Positions 30,762 through 40,394 of a stretch of DNA of 64,000 nucleotides are shown here, piece by piece. The notes beneath the pieces were generated by a model, which worked only from the letters and a program-made list of their open reading frames with translations, was not told the DNA's origin and made no database searches. Both the position numbers and the translations under genes were made by a program. The stretch comes from a virus, in the IMG/VR virus record IMGVR_UViG_3300042691_052885, positions 2,255-66,254 of that record; one strand, given 5' to 3'. The number at the start of each line of letters is the position of its first letter. Within the stretch, counting starts at the first letter, position 1.

Positions 30762-31043
30762 ATGGAACGTAAATTTGAACTAAAGCCTGAGTTTAAGGCT
30801 ATGGCGTTGGAAGCTTTATCAAAATTAAGCTTTTCACAAGTACATCAAGTAGCTGGCTTGATTAAGAGAGAAACTACCGTGTATACGGAAACTGAGGCAA
30901 ATGCCGTTGTTGGCTTCTTGGGAGAAATGGCGTATCGCGATGTTGCCCATATCTTTGAAGCAATGCCTAAATTGGTAGTTGAAGTTACCGATGAAAACCC
31001 AGAGGTGGAAGAACCACAAAAGGACGAGGCTGTAGCCAATTAA
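30762..31043 (+). CDS. Hypothetical protein (two helical repeats)
   Basis: After ECF-like motif at 30716. Confidence 0.6.
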   Translation: MERKFELKPEFKAMALEALSKLSFSQVHQVAGLIKRETTVYTETEANAVVGFLGEMAYRDVAHIFEAMPKLVVEVTDENPEVEEPQKDEAVAN

Positions 31044-31060
31044 GTTTTTGAAAGCATATT

Positions 31061-31090
31061 GCCAGAGGATACAAAGTCCTCTGGCTTATT
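31061..31090 (+). terminator. Terminator-like hairpin
   Basis: GCCAGAGGA-tacaaag-TCCTCTGGC + TTATTT. Confidence 0.7.
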
Positions 31091-31092
31091 TG

Positions 31093-31171
31093 TGTTAATA
31101 ACTTTATCACAAATAGTTTTTTTCTTTAATTAAAATGTATTATTTTTATCCTATCAATAAAAAACAAATAT
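31093..31171 (+). repeat. Cassette element copy 3 (hairpin degenerate)
   Basis: TGTTAATAACT...GTATTATTTTTATCCTATCAA, ATG 31172. Confidence 0.8.
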
Positions 31172-31795
31172 ATGTCAAAAACGAAATCACCGCTACAAGA
31201 ATTAGGAATCAATTTTTTCAACTCGAGATCTGAATCAGATTTCAACAAAGTTTACTACCGACTAAAGCCTACCGTAAACTATTACCTTCGCGATTTGCTA
31301 CCATCATTTGATGATCGCGAGGAAGCACTAGCAAATACCTTTTCAAAAGTATGGACTAAAATTCATATGTATGATCCGTATTGGAATTTCAGTACCTGGG
31401 TTTACCGTATTGCTCGTAACGAGGCTCTTCTTATGTTAAGGCATACTCGTCGAAATTATTCTATTCAAGCAATGGAAGAACGTGGAATTAAAATGGATTC
31501 TAAAGTAGCGCCAGTCCAACCGCAATATGAAAGCAACTCGCAAAATCTTGATGCTATTGATTCCCTTTATGATTTTGCAATTACCGAAATCTCTAATTTG
31601 CCAGAAACATATCGAATTGTAATGGAAAAGCGCGAGATTGAAAAGAAAAAATACGAGGATATATCTGCTGAACTAGGGTGGAAACACAATACCGTAAGAA
31701 CTCGCATCCGTAAAGGTCGCGAACTCTTAAAGAAAAGTTTATTGGAAAAATATCCACAACTTGTACGTGATTTTGAAAAACAAGAAGAAATATGA
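31172..31795 (+). CDS. ECF-type RNA polymerase sigma factor
   Basis: Region 2 FSTWVYRIARN; region 4 LPETYR...YEDISAELG....VRTRIRKGR. Confidence 0.9.
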   Translation: MSKTKSPLQELGINFFNSRSESDFNKVYYRLKPTVNYYLRDLLPSFDDREEALANTFSKVWTKIHMYDPYWNFSTWVYRIARNEALLMLRHTRRNYSIQAMEERGIKMDSKVAPVQPQYESNSQNLDAIDSLYDFAITEISNLPETYRIVMEKREIEKKKYEDISAELGWKHNTVRTRIRKGRELLKKSLLEKYPQLVRDFEKQEEI

Positions 31796-32202
31796 GAAAA
31801 ATTTGGTACGACTTAAAAGTTTTTTACATACTTCGCAGCGAAGTTATTAAGCATCGAAACTCTCCGGACTGGGCAAAATACAATTTACGCCATGATTGGC
31901 TATATCGGGTTTATACGGTGGTGAACCCCACAGAAGCCGATAAAGGCGATGATGATAAAATGATTGAAATGAAAGCAATTGATAGGCTTACTCCTATAAG
32001 TAAATACATTCTTTCGATGGGGTTAGGCGAAATTGTTACGTTATCAATGGAACGTGTACCTGATACCAATTCTTTTTTGGCAGTATACTATCCAATTTAT
32101 CGTTGGCTATCGCTCTGGAGAATTTTAAGTAGATCCGTTATGCTAATTATTTTAATAAGCTTATTGGCGTCTTACTGGAACGATATTGTTTCATTTTTCT
32201 AA
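31792..32202 (+). CDS. Hypothetical membrane-anchored protein
   Basis: C-terminal TM helix; LRHDWLYRVYTVVN. Confidence 0.6.
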   Translation: MRKIWYDLKVFYILRSEVIKHRNSPDWAKYNLRHDWLYRVYTVVNPTEADKGDDDKMIEMKAIDRLTPISKYILSMGLGEIVTLSMERVPDTNSFLAVYYPIYRWLSLWRILSRSVMLIILISLLASYWNDIVSFF

Positions 32203-32245
32203 AACTTTTTGAAATCACTGAATATAAACATCAAATATAACATAT

Positions 32246-32788
32246 ATGGAAAAGAACACAGGAAAAATGCACGTGGTTAAAAATGAAAAAGCCACTAAGT
32301 CCATTAAGGACATGACAGCCGATGAGCGTAAAGAGGCAATTGCTTCTCTTGAGCAGGAAATTAATCAGCGCAATCGTGAAATTGCGGAAAAATTCTATGT
32401 AGTAGAAGGAAGCGACCGAGTTGCTAAAGCGGTATTGAAATTTATGACCGAGGAGGCTAAATGGAAATTTACTGAAGCAATTGGCGTGGTTGAATGCATT
32501 AAGGAAATTGAAAAGGCGTTGGATAAAACTAAAGGTGGAAAAGAATTCTTTTTGCAGGTTCTTCCTCTTGAAGCAATTTGGTTTTTCATCAATAAAGTAG
32601 AAGGCACTGGTTTGGAATCCGCGGTGTACTACCAGGATAATTTGTTAAAGCCAATTGGCGATGCTCTTGGAAGAGTTAAAGCAGACCGTGATGCAGTTAA
32701 CCAAATGACAATGGACTTGGGAAGCCTTGAGGTTGGCGCTGATTTTGAAGCCGAACCCGAACAGCAACCCGCTGATGTAAATGCGTAA
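32246..32788 (+). CDS. Hypothetical protein
   Basis: 180-aa helical ORF after ECF-like motif at 32202. Confidence 0.65.
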   Translation: MEKNTGKMHVVKNEKATKSIKDMTADERKEAIASLEQEINQRNREIAEKFYVVEGSDRVAKAVLKFMTEEAKWKFTEAIGVVECIKEIEKALDKTKGGKEFFLQVLPLEAIWFFINKVEGTGLESAVYYQDNLLKPIGDALGRVKADRDAVNQMTMDLGSLEVGADFEAEPEQQPADVNA

Positions 32789-32791
32789 TTT

Positions 32792-33082
32792 ATGGGAAGC
32801 ATTAATCAGTTCCTTGATAACCACTACAGAAAGATCTTTTTCTTTCTGTTAGTGGCAATCTTCTTAAATACCTGTGGGAATCCTAACAAGGTAACAAATA
32901 GAAGACTTGATACTCTCACTGCAAAAATTGATTCTTTGCAGAGGATCACGGTAACTCAAAAAGATCTTCAAGCAGAAGGTTTGCGAGTTGAAAAGAGAAT
33001 GATCCAATCTACCGATAGAAAAATGATGGATGTTCAACGTCAAACAGCAATTGATGAAGAACTTAAATCTTTAGAAAAATAA
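32792..33082 (+). CDS. Membrane-anchored coiled-coil protein (possible lipoprotein/spanin-like)
   Basis: Hydrophobic N-terminus ending LNTC, then coiled coil. Confidence 0.5.
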   Translation: MGSINQFLDNHYRKIFFFLLVAIFLNTCGNPNKVTNRRLDTLTAKIDSLQRITVTQKDLQAEGLRVEKRMIQSTDRKMMDVQRQTAIDEELKSLEK

Positions 33083-33100
33083 TAGTTACAATAAACATTC

Positions 33101-33127
33101 AAGGAGAGGGTTATCCTCTCCTTTTTT
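33101..33127 (+). terminator. Rho-independent terminator
   Basis: AAGGAGAGG-gttat-CCTCTCCTT + T run. Confidence 0.85.
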
Positions 33128-33145
33128 GTGAATATATAGTTTGAT

Positions 33146-33802
33146 ATGAAGAACAAATTAACTCATAACTTTATTATAGGCACATTTGTATCACTGTATG
33201 TAGTGGTCAGCCTTATTTCAACCATTCACGTTATTGACTTTTTTAAGTTGAGTAACCCTGATTGGCTGGCAATTTCTCTTGCAATTGCGTTTGAAATTGG
33301 AGCAGCCGCTTCGCTTGCTGCATTAATTGCTCTTAAACGAATGAGTAAGTGGATGGTATGGGGAGTCTTTATTATATTGGCAGCCATGCAAATGATGGGA
33401 AACACATATTACGCCTTTACACATTTGCATGATTTTCAAGGATGGTCGGAGTTGTTTGGCCTTAATGAAGAAGAACTCATTTATCAAAAGAGAATGCTAT
33501 CAATTATCAGTGGTGCAATACTTCCACTGATTGCTCTTGGGTTTATCAAATCCTTGGTGGACTATATACGTCCTGAGGAATTGCAAGATTCAAAGGTTGA
33601 AAAACTGAAAGAAGATTTTGAGGACTATTTGGATGATTACATTGAAAGCAAGGAAACAAAATCTCCAATTAGCAATATTGAAGAGGAGCCGCTAACCAGT
33701 GAAAGTACGGAGTTAACTCAAGAAGATATCAATTTCTACAAAGAAAAAACTAAAGGCGATAATTCGCCAGAAAATCCCCAGGTTCTTCCTGGCGTAAACT
33801 AA
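33146..33802 (+). CDS. Four-TM membrane protein with acidic tail
   Basis: Four hydrophobic helices; late-like AATATATAG at 33131. Confidence 0.65.
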   Translation: MKNKLTHNFIIGTFVSLYVVVSLISTIHVIDFFKLSNPDWLAISLAIAFEIGAAASLAALIALKRMSKWMVWGVFIILAAMQMMGNTYYAFTHLHDFQGWSELFGLNEEELIYQKRMLSIISGAILPLIALGFIKSLVDYIRPEELQDSKVEKLKEDFEDYLDDYIESKETKSPISNIEEEPLTSESTELTQEDINFYKEKTKGDNSPENPQVLPGVN

Positions 33803-33812
33803 CCAATAACAA

Positions 33813-34979
33813 ATGTCTGTAAAACCAAAACTAGTATGCCCACCTGATTATAGCATTCTGTCGCTAAGATTTACCGAGTGTAAAAAATTAGGTGTTGTAA
33901 AAGGCATTAATACTCTAGTTCAGTATGACCTAAGTAATTTTTTCATACCTCTAACAAATTATTCTGACCGCAGATTTACGGTAAAAGGCGGCACCAAGAA
34001 AAAATTAGATATTGGTGACCTTGCGGTTTACGGAGAAATTCAGGAGTCATACAGCTTTAAGTCGTCTTCAATTGATTCGATTGAAAATGGCACATCACAT
34101 TCATTTCAGATTTTTGATGAAACTGGAACCACCTCATTGGCATTAATTACGTTTACCGTGGATTTTGATGATCCTGCATACCAGGATTTTGCCACAGGAT
34201 TTCAAACCGCGTTTTCGCAAAACACAGTAATGGACAATATAATAAATGTCACATACAGTGTTACCGATTCTACTGGGTTTACAGTTACCGCAGCAAAACC
34301 TGGAGTTCAATACCGTTATACTATGATTTATGACACAGTGTCATGGTCTACACCGGTTCCATATACAACTCCTGGCACACTGGTAACTCCGCATTTGAAA
34401 TATCCAGAAGGCCGAGTACGTGGTTTTTTCCTTTTTGCTGATTATGCAAAAGTTGATACCAAAACATGCACATGCGGTTGTACCGATGCGTCCGGCGATT
34501 TGTTATCAAATGTAAAGAATTTCAAATGGGCGTGGGATGGCGATTATCAAAAGAAGCAGCCAGCAAATACACTTACCGGAGTATTGATTAACGCGGATTC
34601 TTCATCAGCATCACAAAGAAATCTTAATGGTACACAAACGTTTCAATGGTTATCAACCGGAGCATATGCGCCGTATCAAATAAAGGTAGGAGATCTGATC
34701 ACTCTTAATTCTTCTTCCAATAGTCCGTACGCGTATATTACAGAAATTGATGGCTATAACATTACGGTAGATCGTCAAGGCTTTGGAAATGGAACAAATA
34801 CCGACGCAATAGTAAAGAAATACTTTCCGTCAGAAATTGAGTGGAAAGTTGCAGGTGAAATGCTGTACATACCAGGCGGTCAGGATGTTTATGATACAGA
34901 CCGTTTGCTGACTGAAACTATTTGGATTCACAACCCTCAAGGGTTTGATATACCTTTCAATGTAATTGTAATAAGTTAA
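33813..34979 (+). CDS. Hypothetical beta-rich protein, probably virion
   Basis: Thr/Ser/Asp-rich; in a late operon. Confidence 0.55.
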   Translation: MSVKPKLVCPPDYSILSLRFTECKKLGVVKGINTLVQYDLSNFFIPLTNYSDRRFTVKGGTKKKLDIGDLAVYGEIQESYSFKSSSIDSIENGTSHSFQIFDETGTTSLALITFTVDFDDPAYQDFATGFQTAFSQNTVMDNIINVTYSVTDSTGFTVTAAKPGVQYRYTMIYDTVSWSTPVPYTTPGTLVTPHLKYPEGRVRGFFLFADYAKVDTKTCTCGCTDASGDLLSNVKNFKWAWDGDYQKKQPANTLTGVLINADSSSASQRNLNGTQTFQWLSTGAYAPYQIKVGDLITLNSSSNSPYAYITEIDGYNITVDRQGFGNGTNTDAIVKKYFPSEIEWKVAGEMLYIPGGQDVYDTDRLLTETIWIHNPQGFDIPFNVIVIS

Positions 34980-34982
34980 AAT

Positions 34983-35483
34983 ATGATAGTAGCAAAAAAA
35001 TTCTGGCCAATTAAGGTTGCAAACTTTGCACCTGAGGCTAACCCGGTTTTAACCCTTTTTGGAAATGCAAACTCCACAGGCACTTCAATAGTAGCGGTAA
35101 AGAGAGAAGAGTTTAACGCAATAATTGCAGTAGGCATTGACAACGTACGAGTTATTGATCAAATACATGGGGATGCGCTTGATAAGACTATTGTTTCTGC
35201 AGATTCTGATACTTTGACAATAGAATTTTCTGGAAAGGTTTGTGATACCGGGCAAGTGCAAATTATGCTGGTTGATATTTCGCGTCCAGTTGCTGGAAGA
35301 GATATCGAAATTCAGGCAATGCTTTGTCTAAACTCGAGTCATAGTGAGTTTATATTTAAGGATGAAAATCACCGGCAGGTAAGAATACCACCAGCAACAA
35401 TGGTAAAGGGAGCAATTTATTATTTCCAAATAAGAGAAGTTGTAAATTGCAGTGAGGGAGACTTTATAGGTTACGCTTCGTAA
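34983..35483 (+). CDS. Hypothetical protein
   Basis: 166-aa ORF in operon. Confidence 0.6.
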   Translation: MIVAKKFWPIKVANFAPEANPVLTLFGNANSTGTSIVAVKREEFNAIIAVGIDNVRVIDQIHGDALDKTIVSADSDTLTIEFSGKVCDTGQVQIMLVDISRPVAGRDIEIQAMLCLNSSHSEFIFKDENHRQVRIPPATMVKGAIYYFQIREVVNCSEGDFIGYAS

Positions 35484-35508
35484 GAAGCCCTAAAATAACT
35501 TATTGGCC

Positions 35509-35934
35509 ATGAAAGATGTAAAAAAGGCCATTAACCGAGTGATCACTTCAATTGATTGGAGAAAGATCAAATCATACCACGCAAAATTAGGCATACGCTG
35601 GGAATACGAGGTTGATAAGGAAATAATAAGAAAAGTCCCATCAATTCCAGAGCTAAAAGAGGAACTCTCATCTATTTTGTTTCACATGGATGAAGAAAAC
35701 CTTGAGTACATATCGTACGGAAGCTGGGTAATTTTTTGGGATCGTGAAACAAATGGAGACATCCGTGTAATTTTTAGACTGGCAGACTTCTCATTTGAGG
35801 ATTCAGCAGGTACCAAAGAAGATCTGGAAAGCGCTCTGCAAAAAGCAGTAGAAAGCGAGGACTATGAGTACGCTGCACTCATTCGTGATGAGATAAATAA
35901 TAAGAACAAAGATGCCAGTAACAATATCAAATAG
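35509..35934 (+). CDS. UVR-domain protein
   Basis: LQKAVESEDYEYAALIRDEI is a UvrB/C (UVR) motif. Confidence 0.75.
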   Translation: MKDVKKAINRVITSIDWRKIKSYHAKLGIRWEYEVDKEIIRKVPSIPELKEELSSILFHMDEENLEYISYGSWVIFWDRETNGDIRVIFRLADFSFEDSAGTKEDLESALQKAVESEDYEYAALIRDEINNKNKDASNNIK

Positions 35935-36370
35935 AAACGTTGGTTCAGGAAACGGATCCCTTATGGTTCCGTTGGTTGCCAATAACCCTGCTTTCAAAGT
36001 AGAAATCTTACCGGTTGACGGAAGGTTAGAACAGAAACCGTTTGCCAAAGACGGAACAAAAGAAATTGAAAGTATTAAGGTCGGCGATCTTGTTCGTGGC
36101 GATATTGTCAATTCTTCAAAAAATATCAAAGGGAAGGTTTTGCAAATCAATCGGCAAAACGGAGAAATTGTTTCGTATAAAGTCTTGGACGCTGATGGCG
36201 AAGAGGTTTTAGTTGATCCAACAACTGCTCAAAAGTTTGTAGATCACGGTCAAGAATCCGGTTCGACTGATAGCCCAGAAGTCCATAAAAATCAACAAGG
36301 ACTGTATGGAGAATCATACCAAGTCAAGACCTTTGAAAGCTGGATCTCTGAAAATGCTAGTTCGCTCTAG
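35912..36370 (+). CDS. Hypothetical protein with SH3-like barrel
   Basis: IKVGDLVRG...GKVL...YKVLD; C-terminal VKTFESWISE. Confidence 0.6.
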   Translation: MPVTISNRNVGSGNGSLMVPLVANNPAFKVEILPVDGRLEQKPFAKDGTKEIESIKVGDLVRGDIVNSSKNIKGKVLQINRQNGEIVSYKVLDADGEEVLVDPTTAQKFVDHGQESGSTDSPEVHKNQQGLYGESYQVKTFESWISENASSL

Positions 36371-36433
36371 TATAGGTCTAACTCCTACCTCTACTGATAC
36401 TCTTTTTATACACCTTCTGAAAAAAGTTTTCAA

Positions 36434-36513
36434 TGTTAATAACTTTTTGTTAAAACATTTTTCTATGTGGTTCTTTTGTATTATTTTTATTCTATCAAAT
36501 TAATACTGATAAC
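36434..36513 (+). repeat. Cassette element copy 4
   Basis: TGTTAATAACT...GTATTATTTTTATTCTATCAAATT, ATG 36514. Confidence 0.8.
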
Positions 36514-36771
36514 ATGAGAACGTATTCAACTAACACATACTTTGAAACTCAAGCTGCTGCAATTCATTGCATAGAGGAATCCATTGAAAAGAGAAAGTAT
36601 CAAATGGTTCCGACCGATAGCTTGAGATTTGAACACGTTTCCTACGAAACAACCGTTCACTACAATATTCCGCTACAACGTACCGATGGCAAAAACACTA
36701 AGCGTTGGTTACATATTCAAATGTACCGAATGCCATCTGGAAGATATGAAGCAAACTACTACTTATCATAA
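36514..36771 (+). CDS. Hypothetical phage protein
   Basis: LHIQMYRMPSGRYEANYY motif. Confidence 0.65.
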   Translation: MRTYSTNTYFETQAAAIHCIEESIEKRKYQMVPTDSLRFEHVSYETTVHYNIPLQRTDGKNTKRWLHIQMYRMPSGRYEANYYLS

Positions 36772-37208
36772 TGAAAAAAGCAGTTAACATTGAAAACCGC
36801 AAGGCTCGGTATGAATATCATTTTCTGGAAGAATATGAAGTAGGAGTTTGCCTGGTAGGCAGTGAGGTTAAGAGCATTAAAGACGCTCGGGTAACAATGG
36901 TAGATGCCTTTTGCTATTTTGATAGCGGAGAGCTCTTTGTTAAAGATCTTACAATTACTCCGATTGACAAAAACTATACTCACGAACCAAAACGATTGCG
37001 TAAACTATTGCTTCACCGAAAGCAGTTAACATCCCTTGAAAAAGGACTAACCGTTGGTAAAACTATTGTACTTACACGTATAAAAGAATCTAACGGTAAA
37101 ATAAAGTTTTGCATTGCGTTGGCTCAAGGTAAAAAAGATTACGATAAGCGCCAAACAATTAAAAAACGCGAGGCGGATCGTGAAATAAAAAATGAAAGCC
37201 ATGCATAA
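36771..37208 (+). CDS. smpB: SsrA-binding protein SmpB
   Basis: NRKARYEY, LVGSEVKS, HEPKRLRKLLLH, GKKDYDKR. Confidence 0.93.
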   Translation: MKKAVNIENRKARYEYHFLEEYEVGVCLVGSEVKSIKDARVTMVDAFCYFDSGELFVKDLTITPIDKNYTHEPKRLRKLLLHRKQLTSLEKGLTVGKTIVLTRIKESNGKIKFCIALAQGKKDYDKRQTIKKREADREIKNESHA

Positions 37209-37476
37209 GCAACCTAAAATGTGGGATATTATTGCAACCGCCGATGGGCCTAACTGCATCAATATTGAAATACACGAAGAGCTTATTATAGAAAAAGCTC
37301 ACATTAAAGTTCTTGGGCAAAACCGAAATTTGCTATTGTCCAGTAACATTACTGAAAGAAACATTAAGTTTTGTGTGGAAACCGGAACACCTACATTTGT
37401 AGAACTAAGTACCTGCTGTGGTACCGTTGTTACCTACGTAAAAGGCTCAGGCTATGAAGCGTATAAACTTAACTAA
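37192..37476 (+). CDS. Hypothetical protein
   Basis: 94-aa ORF ending at repeat copy 5. Confidence 0.5.
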   Translation: MKAMHKQPKMWDIIATADGPNCINIEIHEELIIEKAHIKVLGQNRNLLLSSNITERNIKFCVETGTPTFVELSTCCGTVVTYVKGSGYEAYKLN

Positions 37477-37477
37477 T

Positions 37478-37553
37478 TGTTAATAACTATAGTCCCAAAG
37501 ATTTTTTTCTTTGGGTTTTTTGTATTATTTTTATCTTATCAAATTAATTAAAT
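37478..37553 (+). repeat. Cassette element copy 5
   Basis: CCCAAAGA-T6-TCTTTGGG perfect hairpin; ATG 37554. Confidence 0.9.
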
Positions 37554-37859
37554 ATGAAACCAACAAATCAATCATCAAACGGAACAAGTTTCCACGGTGA
37601 GGTATTTAATGCCTCAGTAAATGATCTGAAAAAAATCTGTGGAGAACCTGCCATTGTACAAAACGACGGTTCCGACAAGGTAAACTTTGAATGGGAAATG
37701 GAAACCGAAAACGGCGATGTTTTTACAATTTATGATTGGAAAGAATACCGTAAGCTTAGCGAAACCGAAATTGTTGAATGGCACATTGGCGGTCATAACA
37801 GTGGTGTAACATTTCAAGCGGTAAATGAAATTGCAGACGCATTAAACAATTTAAGATAA
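37554..37859 (+). CDS. Conserved phage protein (paralog of 56876..57205)
   Basis: CGEP...DKVNFEW...FTIYDWK...WHIGG. Confidence 0.7.
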   Translation: MKPTNQSSNGTSFHGEVFNASVNDLKKICGEPAIVQNDGSDKVNFEWEMETENGDVFTIYDWKEYRKLSETEIVEWHIGGHNSGVTFQAVNEIADALNNLR

Positions 37860-38308
37860 TGAAAGCACGTATATACCTAGATGACGTCCGCACTCCAAAG
37901 GAGCCAGGGTGGACCGTAGTTCGCAATTATGAAGAATTTGTGGACGTTGTAACTAAAATTGGTTTGGAAAATATTGAGGTGGTTACCTTGGATCATGACC
38001 TTGGCGATACTGCTATGCAGGAATACTTTAATAATGTAAGCCCAAACTACACATTGGATTACGCTAACATTAAGGAAAAGACCGGTCTTGACTGCGCAAA
38101 ATGGCTAATTGACCACTACCTTGATAATTATGTTACGCTGGAAAGCCGCCGAGAAAAACGTGATAGCGGAATTGTTTTTCCAAACGTATACACCCATTCA
38201 GCAAACCCGATTGGCTCTGCTAATATCATGGGTTACATCAATAACTTTTTAATGAATGAAGCGCAACCACAAATATGTGTACGCGTTAACATTCCACACA
38301 CAGTGTAA
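37859..38308 (+). CDS. Cyclic-phosphate-processing receiver-like domain protein
   Basis: IYLDDVR, VVRNYEEF, LDHDLG, TGLDCAKWL, HSANPIG. Confidence 0.8.
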   Translation: MKARIYLDDVRTPKEPGWTVVRNYEEFVDVVTKIGLENIEVVTLDHDLGDTAMQEYFNNVSPNYTLDYANIKEKTGLDCAKWLIDHYLDNYVTLESRREKRDSGIVFPNVYTHSANPIGSANIMGYINNFLMNEAQPQICVRVNIPHTV

Positions 38309-38327
38309 ATTCTTAAAATCAAATAAT

Positions 38328-38546
38328 ATGAACAAAATCTCAAAGCAGCTGCAAAAAGCAGAAACCGAAGTTAAAGAAATTGAAATGAACCTTTTGTGGC
38401 ATGACCGCGCGGTTCGTCACCGTGGTTTTACCAATTATTCTGGTATGATGTCTAAGGAGGAGGCTACTGAGTCTCGCGAGCGTCGCACCAGCTTAAGAAA
38501 CTTCATTCGTGAAACTCGCAAATCAGTTAAGCAGAATGGAAACTAA
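38328..38546 (+). CDS. Hypothetical protein
   Basis: ATG after A-rich leader. Confidence 0.5.
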   Translation: MNKISKQLQKAETEVKEIEMNLLWHDRAVRHRGFTNYSGMMSKEEATESRERRTSLRNFIRETRKSVKQNGN

Positions 38547-38910
38547 TTACCCTGCACCTGTCATGGATTGGATGGAATCAATCCATGACACTTTATCTCA
38601 ACCAGATGCTGAGACAAATGAACCCAGTTTTTATCAGGATTGCGGTATTGTTGAGGAGCATGGAAAAGAGGCGCTGTTTAGCCTAATCGGCCCTCCTTCT
38701 TTTGCCTCTTGGATTGATACTGGAAATCCTGCTATTAATATGGATCAAATGTCTGCCGCGTTGGAAAAGGTTCCAATTGCCGCTGCTCTCATTGGACTAA
38801 AGAAAAAAGGTTTGCTTGAATCTATTGAAGATGAAAACGGTGAAGAGGTATTTTGGTTATCTGACACTGGAAAAAAGGCGGCACAACTATTAAAAACCCG
38901 AGAAATATGA
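38536..38910 (+). CDS. Hypothetical protein (C-terminal winged-helix-like)
   Basis: LKKKGLLES...FWLSDTG. Confidence 0.55.
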   Translation: METNYPAPVMDWMESIHDTLSQPDAETNEPSFYQDCGIVEEHGKEALFSLIGPPSFASWIDTGNPAINMDQMSAALEKVPIAAALIGLKKKGLLESIEDENGEEVFWLSDTGKKAAQLLKTREI

Positions 38911-39047
38911 GTTGGATATTTGCACTTATTTGTTTTTGGGCAGGCTCCATTTTTGGTTTAACCGTTGCTGCATTAGCAGTCGCAGCCAGCAAAAATTCAG
39001 AGGCAGAAGAAAAGGAAAATGAAATTCTTAAAAAGGAAGAAAAATGA
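38907..39047 (+). CDS. Small membrane protein (not in ORF track)
   Basis: MSWIFALICFWAGSIFGLTVAALAVAASKN...; ATGA overlaps at both ends. Confidence 0.65.
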   Translation: MSWIFALICFWAGSIFGLTVAALAVAASKNSEAEEKENEILKKEEK

Positions 39048-39529
39048 TATGTAAGTGTGGTGAAACCGTGCATCCCGTAAGAATTGGTATGGGCTACCGT
39101 ACATGCGTTGACTGCTCTACCGAAAAGAAATGGGGAGTGGTCTCGGTGGTTTACCATAAAACGGGGAATACTGTAGAAGTGGTAAAAGATCCTGAGGTTG
39201 CTGCTCGCGTAAATGCAATGAGTATGCGTACGGGATTTGGAGTACTGAAAGGTATGACTGGCAATTACGCCAAACTGAACAGCGGTCCAGCAAAACCGGT
39301 GGAAACCTTGCCTGAAAAGCCAATAACTGACCGTGTACTTTCCAGAAAGCCGATTGAGACTGACTGGGTTCGCGTAGGCGAAGAGGCAACTGAAATTGCG
39401 GAATCCTACGGTATAGAAGCAGCGGAACACCATTTGCAAAAAGCCCGAGATGAAAAGCGGATATATCGCTTAGATCATGAAAGATTATTAGAAATCATAA
39501 AACACATCAACAATGAAAGAACAATTTAG
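39044..39529 (+). CDS. TraR/DksA-like C4 zinc-finger protein
   Basis: CKCGETVHPVR......TCVDC. Confidence 0.6.
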   Translation: MICKCGETVHPVRIGMGYRTCVDCSTEKKWGVVSVVYHKTGNTVEVVKDPEVAARVNAMSMRTGFGVLKGMTGNYAKLNSGPAKPVETLPEKPITDRVLSRKPIETDWVRVGEEATEIAESYGIEAAEHHLQKARDEKRIYRLDHERLLEIIKHINNERTI

Positions 39530-40070
39530 TATTGGTGGAAAAACCATACAAGTAACCGATGATACAACTCGATCATTTGAAGGCGATATTGTTATCACGG
39601 ATCCATGCTATTTTATTAGCGATTCCATTTGGCAAAAACTTTGCGAAATTTGGTTTAACGAAGATGGCACGGCTTCTCCGTATGCAGAGGCTGGCACAAT
39701 TTACATTGATGGCAAACCTATTCTCTACTCTTCAACTGCGCATGGCGATGGCGCTTATCGAGTAACCGGCGTTCCGCGAGTAAAGCATCCGGAATTTGGT
39801 GTTGACTCGGGTACTATGGCGATAGTTTCGCTTGAAGATTTTGAGGCTCTTACCAATGATAAAATTCAACCAGGGTTGCACGCACTTGTCCTTGATTTTG
39901 ATGGTAATGTTTGCGCCGATGAAGAAGGAAATTTTGTTGGCGACCTGGAAGTAAATACTTCTGCGTGGGGAGAAGATGAAGATACCTATGATGACAATGA
40001 GGATGACACCTGGGAAGAAGACAATAAGTCATGGAATTCTTATGGTGATGACGAGGATGATGATTATTAA
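39513..40070 (+). CDS. Conserved phage protein with acidic tail
   Basis: ITDPCY, STAHGDGAY, FGVDSG motifs; D/E-rich C-terminus. Confidence 0.65.
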   Translation: MKEQFSIGGKTIQVTDDTTRSFEGDIVITDPCYFISDSIWQKLCEIWFNEDGTASPYAEAGTIYIDGKPILYSSTAHGDGAYRVTGVPRVKHPEFGVDSGTMAIVSLEDFEALTNDKIQPGLHALVLDFDGNVCADEEGNFVGDLEVNTSAWGEDEDTYDDNEDDTWEEDNKSWNSYGDDEDDDY

Positions 40071-40079
40071 ATTTCAAAT

Positions 40080-40156
40080 TGTTAATAACTTTAGACCCAA
40101 AGATTTTTTTCTCTGGGTTTTTTGTATTATTTTTATCCTATCAAATTAATACTGAT
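40080..40156 (+). repeat. Cassette element copy 6
   Basis: CCCAAAGA-T6-TCTCTGGG; ATG 40157. Confidence 0.9.
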
Positions 40157-40390
40157 ATGGAAAACAACATTGAATATCTTGAGGTTACAGAAGGAAACCT
40201 CCGAGCGGTAAAATGCACCGATGATTTTGGCGGCCCTAATATGTGGAGGCTTTACGTTAAAAGAACCGACGGCTTTTTTGACAGCGTACAATGGATGTAT
40301 GTTGGAAACGTTCAAAAATTTTTCTCCAAAAAATTGCCGGTATATGAGGAGGCTCAATCAGAAAAGAAATATAAATTAATCAAAAAATAA
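40157..40390 (+). CDS. Hypothetical protein
   Basis: Start reassigned to follow the repeat. Confidence 0.65.
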   Translation: MENNIEYLEVTEGNLRAVKCTDDFGGPNMWRLYVKRTDGFFDSVQWMYVGNVQKFFSKKLPVYEEAQSEKKYKLIKK

Positions 40391-40394
40391 GAGT

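Noticed and set aside
36370-36513. tmRNA or tRNA near smpB
   Set aside because: The gap is too short and mostly filled by the repeat; no acceptor or T-arm pattern seen here or in other gaps
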